A stretch of DNA of 64,000 bases from an uncultured Chthonomonadaceae bacterium (lineage in GTDB: Bacteria > Armatimonadota > Chthonomonadetes > Chthonomonadales > Chthonomonadaceae): contig CAWIEK010000003.1 of NCBI GenBank assembly GCA_963835065.1, positions 96,001 to 160,000 on the forward strand. The letters run 5' to 3'. The notes below the pieces were generated by a model that worked only from the letters and a program-made list of their open reading frames with translations, did no database searches and was not told where the DNA came from. This document shows positions 1 to 10,045 of this stretch, piece after piece. Position numbers and translations under genes: made by a program. Numbering within the stretch: the stretch's first letter is position 1; each line of letters begins with the position of its first letter.

Positions 1-98
1 ATACAGCGCTTCCAGCCCGATGTCTCGTTGTGTCTGGTTGTAGAAGAGAGGCGTCATGGCCTCAGCAGCGTCAGGGCGAACGGGAGGGGTGGAAACAT
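1..98 (-). CDS. 5' end of a gene running off the left edge (probable -1 frameshift near the start)
   Basis: Minus-strand GGGAGG RBS upstream of ATG at 98. The frame ...MTPLFYNQTQRDIGLEALY is open to position 1 but offset by one base from that ATG. Confidence 0.3.
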
Positions 99-124
99 AG
101 GCTTTGCACCTCCCTTTTGTGTTG

Positions 125-152
125 GTTGAGAGTTGAGGGTTGAGAGTTGAGA
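125..152. repeat. Heptamer tandem repeat (GTTGAG[A/G])x4
   Basis: gttgaga gttgagg gttgaga gttgaga read directly. Confidence 0.85.
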
Positions 153-426
153 GGAACTTCCAACATTCAGCCTTCTCGTCTGCATAGTAGACATTTGTAC
201 TATTTAGACAGGTTAAGTTGGGCAAAAGGTTCAGTGTTTTCGCATTATTTTGCTCTATTTTCTTTTTTCGGGATGGTTGCTGTTGGCGTCGTGGGGAATA
301 GGTAGGGGGAGGGATACGGAATTTAGAAATTTAGAAAGAGGACTGTTGGCTATATAGTTAGGCGGGTATATGCGTGTACAGAATGGTGGAAATTTCTTTT
401 CGCACGGTAAAATGACAAAAACTCGC

Positions 427-455
427 TTGACATGCCAAAAATACCGGGTTATACT
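427..455 (+). promoter_or_regulatory. sigma70-type promoter upstream of the Rhs gene
   Basis: TTGACA(427-432)-17 nt-TATACT(450-455). AGGAG RBS before ATG 604. Confidence 0.75.
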
Positions 456-603
456 TTCCCTGATTGTAGTAAGTGGCTATGCTGTTACGGCAAGGCTTTT
501 TATCTTTCTCCCCCCGTACTTGTCTCATTTTCAATCGTTCTGTCTTCGCAGGCACGATTTTGCCTCCCGGTATATCTTATAGCAGGAGAAAGTAAAGGCT
601 GAC

Positions 604-3600
604 ATGCCTGATGGTATTGCTGAGGGGGAACCCGATGTGTTCACCCCGCCCCGTTCCTCCTATCCCCGCTGGCTGCGGCGCGGCGCGCTTGGCGTCGGCA
701 GCGTGTTTTTGTGGACGATGGTGCTGTCCGCGCCCCTAGACGCGCTGGCGCACCAGCCGCAGAAGCCGTCTCTGCCCAAGTACCACGCGCCGATCCTGCC
801 CAAACCGGCAGATGATCCCGCGTGGCACACCATTGATTACCACAAGATCGAGAAAGCGCGGCCTGCCGGCAACAGCCTTGCCGCCAAGCGAACGGCGAAT
901 CTGACCCTGCTGGATGACGTGGGGCGACTGGAGCGGACGATTGCTCCGGCGCAGGTGTCGGAATGGAAGCGGCAATTGCACTCCCCGCATCTGCCGTTCG
1001 CGCAAGCCGCGCTGCTGCATCTGCGCGTGGGCGAAACCCTGCTGGCGCAGGACGAGCAGCCGCTTCAAGCCCGCTGGCACTTCGGGCAGGCGCAAAAGCA
1101 GGCTGGAGCGAACAAAGAACTGCGCGGACTGGCCGCGTATGACGATGCGATTGGCGCGTACTACGAGGGCGCATACGCGGAAGCGCAGCAGGCATTCAAA
1201 GCCTTGCTGACCGGTCACAAGGGACTGCGCGGCTTTGACCGCGCCACGTGTACGCTGTTTTGGAAGCATGCAAGCGCGTGCGCCGGGCTATCATGCCGAA
1301 CGCGCCAATATGGGCATCCCCGAACCGCCCAAACTGGATCCCCTGTGCGGCGCGGCGGCAGTGGCGCAAGCCTTGAAGGTGGCGGGCAAGCCGTTCGACA
1401 AGAAGACCGTTCTGGCGCATCTGCGCGTCACGGGCCGGGGCAGCAGCATGCAGGACGTGCTGGACGGGGCGGCGAAGTTAGGGTTGTCGGGGCATGTGGT
1501 GGCGGGAACCGACAAAGCCTTGCTCGCGCTGCCCAAGCCGCTTGTGGCATACGTGGAGCATGACCACTTCATCTCGGTGCTGGATGCCGACAAAGCGGGC
1601 GTGACGTATCTGTGTTCCGACTGCGGCGCATGGCCGGGCGGACGGGTGCATCTCTCCTGGGCGCAGTGGCACAAGCTGGAAGCGACGGCCTTTGCCGCGC
1701 TGACGGAACCCGGCAGTGACGTGGATGGCGCACTGGCCTTGCTGACTCCCCCCAACGAAGCGGCAAAACCGGGCGTACAGATCGCAAGCAGCAGCCCGAA
1801 ACTGGCAAGCGGAGTGGTGGGTCGGATGCGCTGGCTGAAAGTGTTCAAGAAGCAGGGCATCACGCAGCCGATGGGCGGGCAGACGCTTTCCTGTGGCAAC
1901 ACGCCCATCTCGCAGCAGTGTCCCTGTCCCGCCAACTGCCCTGACGACGGCAAGCAGAAGGGCGTGACGCCGGGAAGCGGCAGCGATGGGGGCGGTTCCA
2001 AGAACCCGGCGGGTGGTAATGGCGGCGGGAGTGGGGGCGGCGGCATGGCAGGCGGTGGGCCGACGCAGGGTGTCAGCGTCAATGAAGGCAACGGGCAGAT
2101 GAGCTTCGAGCCGGATCCCCAACTGCCCATCTACAACCCGGTCGGCCCGTCCATCACATTGGGGCTTCACGTATCAGAGTCTGCGCGGCGACACGGGCGG
2201 GCAGGGCTATGAGTCCACCGACTTCGGACAGGGGTTCAGCCATCCCTACAACATCGGCGTGGTCGCGCCCATGACCGCGGCAGGCGGCGGGGGCGGCGGC
2301 GGGCTTGGCGGGGGCGGGGCGAACGCCAAGACAGGCGGCGGGCAGACCAACATCGGCGGCAACCCGCAGCTTCCGCCCGTGACGCTGGTGGAACCCAACG
2401 GTTCGCGGGTGGCGATCACGTACACGCAGCAGCCCACCGCGTCCGTGCCACATGTCGCCTGCACCGTGCCGGCAGGCATCCCGATGCTGGCGGACTGGTA
2501 CTACAACAGCGCGACAGGCGGCACGTACTTCGTGTTCACGCAGCCGGATCGCAGCCAGTGGATGATGCAGGCGGGCTACGACGCGCTGAGTTCTCCCGGC
2601 GTGCAGTCCACGTCCTACTGGTTCCCCCTGAGCCAGATCAAGGACAATGTGGGCAACGGGGTCACGTTCAACTACACCACGCCCACGAGCGGCCACTATC
2701 CGCTGCTGACGAGCATCGTGGACAAGAACAATGTGGCTCTGCTGACCTTCACCCGCGACGGCAACAACGCTGTGCAGCAGGTCAGTGACCGCTATGGCCG
2801 CAGCGTGTACTACCATGTGGGCACGTACCAGAACGCCAACGTTCCCGCCGGGCACACGCAAAGCCTGCTGGAACTCGACCATGCCTCCCAGGTTGTGCCC
2901 ACCGGAACCGCCAATCCGCCCGACCGGTACGTCTGGGCTACCAGAACGTGGGCAACGGCGAAGGCACACAAACCATACCGATGCTCCATACGCTGACCGT
3001 TCCTTCTCCGACAGGCACGGGAACGCAGACGGCGACCATCAACTACCTTGCGGGCGTGAGTACGGTGCAGAGTATTGTGGACGCCAACGGCAACACCCGA
3101 ACGTACAACCAGACGGACGCCAACCACACGCAGGTGAGCGTCACGGACGCGCAGAGCAATGTGGTCTACCGCTACACGGCAGGCTATGACATGAACCTCA
3201 GCGTCACGAGCATCACCAACGGCGCGGTAGACGCGAATGGACACAACAACAAAATCATTGCTGCCATGACCTATGCCGATGCCAACGATCCCTACCGCGC
3301 TTCCGAAGTGCAGGACGCTAATGGCTATGCGAATGGCGGGGCAGGCGGACAAGGCACAAGCAGCAAGACATGGGACGCTTTCGGCAACTGCCTGACGGAA
3401 ACCTCAGCGCGGGGCGTGACAACCACGTACAACCTGAGCTATGCCAATTTCGCGCTTGGCGAAGTTACCAGTGTTCAGGAAGGAACTAAGACGCCGACGA
3501 GTTTCACCTACTATGAGCCAAGCGGCCTCATTCACACCATGACGCCCCCCGCCCCCGGCACAAGCGGGCAAGCCAACCAGATCGTCACGTACAGCTATAC

Positions 3601-6002
3601 GTATGACGCGCTGGGCAACATGCTCACGGCAAGCGGACCCGGCAACAACGCCACCACTGCCAAAACAACCACGTACAACTACACGCAGGATGGTACGTAC
3701 TCGCAAGCCGAAATGCTGCGTAAGCCTCTCACCCTTACTGATAGCTTGGGGCACGTCTCGCACCTGCGTTATGACACGCGCGGCAATGAAACCGCCCTCA
3801 TAGACGCGCTTGGCAACGAAACCGACCTGACGTACAACAACGCCAATCAGCAAACCAGCCTGACCTTTGCCACTACCGGAGAAACGGGAACCGGGCGGGC
3901 GCAGTTGGTGAACACGTTCCTGTATCCGGGCGGGCCGAAAACATCGGTTTTACAGTACAATGAAGCCGGAACACAGGTCTTTCAGGAACAGATGACGTAT
4001 GGCAAGGAAGGCGAGGAACTGACCCGCACGGGCAGTACGCAGCCGGTCAGCCAGGCGTATGACGGTTTGTACCGCCTGAAAACGCTGACCGATGGCAACA
4101 ATCACGCCACGACGTACAGCTATGGGACGAGTGGGTACTTGAGCCAGATCAGCTACCCGAATGGCGATACGCTGCAAGTAACCAGCTATGATCTCAACGG
4201 CAATCCGTTGCAGCGCATAGACGGCAGAGGCGTAGTCACGAACCTGACGTACAATGACGTGGAAAGCCTGCTCACCGACATTCAGTATCCGGCAAGCACA
4301 GGGCTGAACGTGCATGTCAGTTACGATGGCTATGGCAGGAAGACGGGCATTACGGATGGAACGGGCAGTCAAGGCGTCATTGTATGATGACCGTGACAAA
4401 GCCACTTCCGTAACTACCACGTACACGGGATTGGCGGCGCAAACCCTGAGCTATGCCTACTATCCCGATGGAAGCAGGCAAACGCTCACTCTGCCGGACG
4501 CAACAACGTATGCGGATAGCTACGATGCGGTAGGACGGCACACAGGCTTAACCTCACCGGGCGGGCACACGTTCAGTTGGACGTATGCCAACAACAACTG
4601 GCTGACCTCACAAACCTCTGACAACACCATTGTTACGACGCCGACACGCGACGCCAGAGGGACTATCACCGATCTGACGCACCGCCGAACCGACGTAATG
4701 CACACCCTGCTTTCTGACTTCGCGTTGACTTATGCCAGTAACATGACGCTTGGCAGCATGACGAGTACCGTTTCCGGCGTCAGCGCGTTCTCCGGCACAA
4801 CAAACTACGCCCATGATACCAAGCTGCAACTGACACAGGAAAGCAGCAGTCGGGCAGGAGGCTACACCAACAGCAACGCTTATGACGCGGCGGGAAATCC
4901 CACCACGTTCAAAGGCGTCACACAGACGTTCAACAATGCTAACCAGAATACGGCAAGCGCGTATGACGGCAACGGCAACCCGACTGCGTACAAGGGCAAC
5001 ACGCTTGCCTTTGACGTGGAGAACCGCCTGACAAGTTACGGCAGTGTGCTGACAGCCGGGTATCGCGCCGATGGACAGCGGGCGTGGAAGCAGAACAGCA
5101 GTGGCAAGACGTACTTCTTCTACGATGGCGACAAACTGCTGTATGAAACCAACAGCACAGGAACCATAACCGCCAAGAACGTGTGGGGACAAACCGGACT
5201 GCTCGCCCGCAGCACCAGTACGCGAACGTTGCTGTACACATGGGACACTCAGGGCAACGTCAGCCAGCAGCTTGACGCCAATACCGGGAGCGTTGTCGAA
5301 AGCTACATGTTCGACGCTTTCGGAACCCGCGCTACGAACGGCAACGACACGGCGGCAATGGCAGACCCTTACGCAGGCTTCGGCGGAAGCGCAGGCTACT
5401 ACCAAGATGCCGAAACTGGATTGCTGCTCCTCGGATATCGGTATTATGACCCAAGCACGGGAAGGTTCCTCAACCGTGATCCAATACATTACGGTGGTGG
5501 AATCAACCTCTACGAGTACGTGGACAATTCACCCTTCAATGGACACGATTACTCTGGCTTGGAGATGATTCGTGGAGGAGGTGAAGTTCCACCGATCTTC
5601 TCTGTCGCAGAATGTCTCAGCGAACTGGCTAAAATAGTAGGCCAGTTATACCACCATGAGCCTTGCGCTTGGGCAATGATCTGCCAGTTCGTGGCAAACT
5701 GCGTTATCAGTGGCGTCTTAGGAGCCTCAGAAGAGGGATTAAGAGATACCGGGAACTTACTTGGCGCTTGCGCATTAGGCGCTCTGGCAAGTCTCGTTCA
5801 TGACGTGATGGACACAATGTGTAAGGCACTCTTTTGCCACTCCAAAGAACTCCCGCCAATGTTTAACCTCTGCACTGTCCTGGTTAATGGAGCAAGTGGC
5901 TGTGCGTCAGGTATGTTTGGCGGCTGGGCATCTTGGATAGGAACAGGTATCGGAGGCTTTTTGGAAGGTCTCTGTGATAAGCATCCTGGCATTGCCTACT
6001 AG
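604..6002 (+). CDS. Rhs/YD-repeat protein with N-terminal TM/TPR-like region, C39-like cysteine peptidase domain, Rhs core and Cys/Gly-rich C-terminal extension; split by 4 frameshifts (~1287, ~2163, ~2933, ~4372)
   Basis: ORFs 604-1563, 1235-2212, 2259-2996, 2948-4387 and 4314-6002 join by single-base shifts. C39 motifs LCGAAAVA...HDHFISV...YLCSD, YD repeats, and core signature YRYYDPSTGRFLNRDPI..GGINLYEYVDNSP...DYSGL. Confidence 0.9.
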
Positions 6003-6110
6003 GGCCTTGTGCTAGTTAGAATGGCTTCGAGATAGGATTTTCGGGCCGAAAACGCTGATTTTGGCGAAATCGGCCTGAAATGGGATAGGAATCCTAACTA
6101 GCACAAGGCC
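6003..6110. mobile_element. MITE-like element at the Rhs stop codon
   Basis: Perfect 17-bp terminal inverted repeats GGCCTTGTGCTAGTTAG / CTAACTAGCACAAGGCC. TACTA lies one base outside each end (5997-6001, 6112-6116) as a possible TSD. Confidence 0.75.
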
Positions 6111-6240
6111 ATACTAATAGACGAACAACTTAAACACGGTATAATCGAGTGTCTACCAGACAATTGGATATAGGCGTACCAGTCCGATTTTCATAATCTG
6201 GTCGAACACGGAAATATCATGTTTAAGTGAGTTCTCTGTA

Positions 6241-6370
6241 AGTTGATGTTCAGATAAATCTGTTCAGATAGCCAATCTCATGGTATAAGGTTCAAACTTA
6301 CTCGTTGATGAGTTGCTACAATTGAATGGTTGTATCCGACTCATCAATAGATTTTATCTGAACATCAACT
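6241..6370. repeat. Inverted-repeat-bounded element (MITE-like)
   Basis: AGTTGATGTTCAGATAAA ... TTTATCTGAACATCAACT, with an internal TTGATGAGT/ACTCATCAA pair. Confidence 0.7.
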
Positions 6371-6473
6371 ACAAACATCCATACGGAGAAAATTCGTATA
6401 TTCTACATCTTGGCAGATTACGAACTTACTCTACGGGATTGCTTAACGTAGAACTGCGCCTGTAGTAATCGTC

Positions 6474-6606
6474 GTTGCCAGACATTATGGTTTAGAGTAG
6501 CATCTAAAGTAGGCGGTCACAGTTCACTCGTAAATTCTGTGCCTTAGAAAACTACGAATGGATTATGTCCGGTCACTTTGCATACTTTATCATAGTGTCT
6601 GGTAAC
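6474..6606. repeat. Inverted-repeat-bounded element (imperfect TIR)
   Basis: GTTGCCAGACATTATG ... CATAGTGTCTGGTAAC (2 mismatches). Confidence 0.55.
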
Positions 6607-6713
6607 TTCCGTGTAACTGCTCATAAAGTTATCCAAGGCGAAGGTGATAACAATGAGCGTGGCGACAGTTGATGTTCGTCTTAGGATTTCAAGTAAATCT
6701 TTACGGAGGAGAT

Positions 6714-7643
6714 ATGATGTATAAATATTCTAAAATTATGGAACAAGACAAAAGGTTGCAACTGTGGTTGTCTCAAATTCCGCGTTACGTTAAAATGCAG
6801 AGAATTGTTAAATCGTACACAGCCTGCACTTGTTTCATATTTATAGCAATATTGGTAAATAAAATATATGGATTTATCAATTCAGATATAGATAAAACAT
6901 CTATTATAGTATATTTAAACTTGATTATATGCGGGGCAATATTTTCATATATCTATATTTATCTGAGTAGAGGCTGTAAAATTCTCAAAGCCAATAATTA
7001 TGTTGAAGACACACACATGGTCTCTTACCTGTGCGAAGCGTTTGCTCTACACAACTTTACGCAGGGCAGAATAGCAGGTAATCCGTTAGCTGACGCAGTT
7101 TGTTTCGCTCTGCTAAAGTCCTTACCTCACATGCAGACTAGCGATTGGGATGAACTAACTCCACATCAGCGTTCTTGTTTGCACAACATTTTGTACATAG
7201 GCAACAAGACACAAGTAGAACAACTGTATGGAACGCGGTTGATACATGCGGTGCTTTCCACGTTGGAGCGTGTTGGCGATGATGAAACATCCCTGAACCA
7301 TGTTCGAAATGTTGCGGAGCAAACAGAAAATCCCTATTTGCGGCAACTCGCCTTAAATTGTGCAGCAAGTATCCAAACACGAGTGCAGCGCAATGAAGCG
7401 TCCCAATCTTTGTTGCGCCCCTCTAAAGTTGATGTATCACCCAATATGCTATTACGCCCTGCTTCCGGCACAAAGCAGCCATCGTCTACAGCGACGAAAC
7501 AACTATTGCGTTCTTCAACAGGAGGAGCCTCTTGTGCTTCCAATAGGCACGATGCCTTTCTGCCTGACTTTGAACTGCCCGCACCGCAAGAACCATTGCA
7601 GCAAGTGCAGATTGGACAGCAGGCAGAAGAGGACACGCCTTGA
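6714..7643 (+). CDS. Membrane protein (2 TM) with HEAT-like repeat and C-terminal triple LLR motif; candidate Rhs immunity protein
   Basis: GGAGGAG RBS before ATG 6714. AT-rich 5' half and two hydrophobic segments. HEAT-like AVLSTLERVGDDETSLNHVRNVAE, tail SLLRPS..MLLRPAS..QLLRSS. Confidence 0.75.
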   Translation: MMYKYSKIMEQDKRLQLWLSQIPRYVKMQRIVKSYTACTCFIFIAILVNKIYGFINSDIDKTSIIVYLNLIICGAIFSYIYIYLSRGCKILKANNYVEDTHMVSYLCEAFALHNFTQGRIAGNPLADAVCFALLKSLPHMQTSDWDELTPHQRSCLHNILYIGNKTQVEQLYGTRLIHAVLSTLERVGDDETSLNHVRNVAEQTENPYLRQLALNCAASIQTRVQRNEASQSLLRPSKVDVSPNMLLRPASGTKQPSSTATKQLLRSSTGGASCASNRHDAFLPDFELPAPQEPLQQVQIGQQAEEDTP

Positions 7644-7666
7644 CACCAGTTGACACGGGAGGAAAC

Positions 7667-8186
7667 CTGCTGACGAGCATCGTGGACAAGAACAATGTGG
7701 CGCTGCTGACCTTCACCCGCGACGGCAACAACGCTGTGCAGCAGGTCAGTGACCGCTATGGCCGCAGCGTGTACTACCATGTGGGCGTCTACCAGAACGC
7801 CAATGTTCCCGCCGGTCACACGCAAAGCCTGCTGGAACTCGACCATGCCTCCCAGGTTGTGCCGACGGGAACCACGAACCCGCCCGACCGGTACGTGCTG
7901 GGGTATCAGAACGTGGGCAACGGCGAAGGCACACAAACTATCCCGATGCTGCACACGCTGACGGTTCCTTCTCCGACAGGCGCGGGAACGCAGACGGCCA
8001 CCATCAACTACCTGGCAGGCGTGAGTACGGTGCAGAGTATTGTAGACGCCAATGGCAACACCCGCACATACAACCAGACAGACGCCAACCACACGCAGGT
8101 CAGCGTCACGGATGCGCAGAGCAATGTGGTCTACCGCTACACGGCAGGCTATGACATGAACCTCAGCGTGACGAGCCTCACCAACG
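7667..8186 (+). pseudogene. Duplicated internal fragment of the Rhs gene (copy of ~2703-3221)
   Basis: Near-identical DNA and peptide (LLTSIVDKNNVALL...DMNLSVTS). No own RBS; truncated at both ends. Confidence 0.9.
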
Positions 8187-8267
8187 CAAGAAGCAACAAT
8201 CAAGTTACTCCTTGATGTTTGAACGCTACTTTATATGGTCGTTATTGACAATCGGTAAGGTAAATCG

Positions 8268-8432
8268 CCGTTTCTAATTTTCACCACCAAGACATGAAGA
8301 ACACCAAGCTGAACGCGAAGAAAGATGTTGTAGAAATGCAGGAGAGAACGAAAATAGTTTCGGTTCTGTGCCTTTGTATTTGCTTATTTATCTTGGTGTT
8401 CTTGGCGTCTTGGTGGTGAAAATTAGAAACGG
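8268..8432. repeat. CACCAC-family inverted-repeat element (copy 1)
   Basis: CCGTTTCTAATTTTCACCACCAAGAC ... GTCTTGGTGGTGAAAATTAGAAACGG. The same arms occur at 32191-32338. Confidence 0.85.
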
Positions 8433-8433
8433 C

Positions 8434-9537
8434 CTAATTCTTCCTGGCGGCGGGTTGGCGGAAGGAGCGCTCGGTCATGTCTTTGGGGTCGGTGGAGACC
8501 GGGGCGTCGCGCCAAAGCCAGCGCATCATGTCGGGCATGATCGCGCCGCCGAACTTCTGGCCGTGCAGGTTCATGCCCCACGCATAGTTCACGTCGTAGC
8601 CTTTTTGCGTCAGGGCTTTCATCAGGCGCACGTTTTGGAAGAACCAGTCGCGCTTTTCGTCGTAAGCGCCGTTGCGCCCCATGCCCCGGTTGTCGTTGCG
8701 CCCATCGCACAAAAAGACGTGGAGCGGCTTCTTTTCGCTTGCCAGCACCCGTTCGGGATACACGTACCCGCCCCGCAGGTTCACGAAACTGCCCACGTTG
8801 CTCAACACCTTGCGGAAAGCGTCGGGACGCTCCCACGCCACCATGAACGCGGCGATTGCGCCCGAACTCGAACCGCCGATACCCCGCATTTCCGGGTCTT
8901 TCGAAATGTTGTAGTCTTTGTCCAGCGCGGGCATCAGTTCTTCGGTAATCACCCGCGCGTACTTGTCGTCGGGTGTGTTGTATTCCGTGCCGCGATTGGT
9001 CGTGCCGTCGCCCCAGTTCTGCGGCGTGGGTTCGGGCTGTTCGGGCGTTCGTCCGGGATTGATGAACACGCCGAGCATCACGGGAATCTCGCGCCGATAG
9101 ATGAGGTTGTCCATCACGTTCTGCGCCCGTAAATCCCCGTTTTCATCCTTGAACGCCTGCCCGTCCTGATACACCATCAGCGCGGCGGGAACGGCGGGGT
9201 CGTACTGCGCAGGCACGTACACCCAATACGTATGCTGCGTACCGGGATAAACCTTGCTTGGGAGGGTAAACGGCCCCTTGATTTCGCCTTTGGGAACGCC
9301 TTCCTGCGCCAGCGAATCCGGGCCAAGCCGATACTGCGAGTTGGGGTTCGGACCGGGCGGCATCTGCCCCTGCCCACCGCCCCTGCCGCCTTGCCGCGCT
9401 GCGCCCGGTTGTGCCGGAGTTGTCTGTCCCGGCGCGGTTTGTCCCGGAGCCGTTTGCGGCGCGGGAACCTGCGCAAGCGCGATTGCCACCGCGCCCGCAA
9501 ACACGAAACTGACCGCGTATGTTGCCGCTTTCTGCAT
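8434..9537 (-). CDS. Secreted alpha/beta-hydrolase esterase (enterochelin-esterase-like)
   Basis: Signal peptide, [15 protein letters not shown], nucleophile elbow GGSSSGA, C-terminal H (NLHGQK). AGGAGG RBS. Confidence 0.85.
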   Translation of the reverse strand: MQKAATYAVSFVFAGAVAIALAQVPAPQTAPGQTAPGQTTPAQPGAARQGGRGGGQGQMPPGPNPNSQYRLGPDSLAQEGVPKGEIKGPFTLPSKVYPGTQHTYWVYVPAQYDPAVPAALMVYQDGQAFKDENGDLRAQNVMDNLIYRREIPVMLGVFINPGRTPEQPEPTPQNWGDGTTNRGTEYNTPDDKYARVITEELMPALDKDYNISKDPEMRGIGGSSSGAIAAFMVAWERPDAFRKVLSNVGSFVNLRGGYVYPERVLASEKKPLHVFLCDGRNDNRGMGRNGAYDEKRDWFFQNVRLMKALTQKGYDVNYAWGMNLHGQKFGGAIMPDMMRWLWRDAPVSTDPKDMTERSFRQPAARKN

Positions 9538-10045
9538 TGAAAACCTCCTGTTGTCGAAAACCTATCCTCAAAAATCTGACCGCACACTAATGTTTGCGCG
9601 TAACCCGTATAGTATTCCCTACGTCCTCCTGGTTTCCCTGCCGGTTTTCCTGCGCACAGGGCCAGCGCATCTAAATGTTTGCCGCGTCACCAGGCCGTGA
9701 ACGACCTGTCTCAGGAGCCTTCGGCTAATCGGTCTGCGACCGAAGGAGTCTCTGTTTTTCCTGCGCGTTTGCGCTGTCAAAACCTTAGCCCGTAGGGTAT
9801 ACTCCTATTGGTTCAGGCAGTTTTGTTCTGGTTCGTTTGGGTTGGCCTGTTTTGTCTTGAAAGGCGCGCGTCGGCGTCCGGGGCAGAACACATATCATTG
9901 TACCGGTTTACAAAGTCGTCGCGCAGCAGGGTTGTTTGCTCTGCGTTGTTTGTTTTCCTTTAAGCAAATCAACGCGGGAACCGCAAAGCAAGCGATGTTT
10001 GCGCGGGTGGCTTTGACGCCATAGTTTTATGCAGGGAGAAGTTAT

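Noticed and set aside
1955..2370. Gly-rich GGC runs in Rhs as a DNA repeat element
   Set aside because: Explained by low-complexity Gly linkers in the protein.
6241..6606. Palindromes as integron attC sites
   Set aside because: The ends read GTT...AAC rather than AAC...GTT, there are no cassette ORFs between them, and no integrase is present.
9700..10040. Long leader of the selenoprotein gene as a riboswitch
   Set aside because: Only a REP-like hairpin (CCTTCGG...CCGAAGG) is visible, with no recognisable aptamer consensus.
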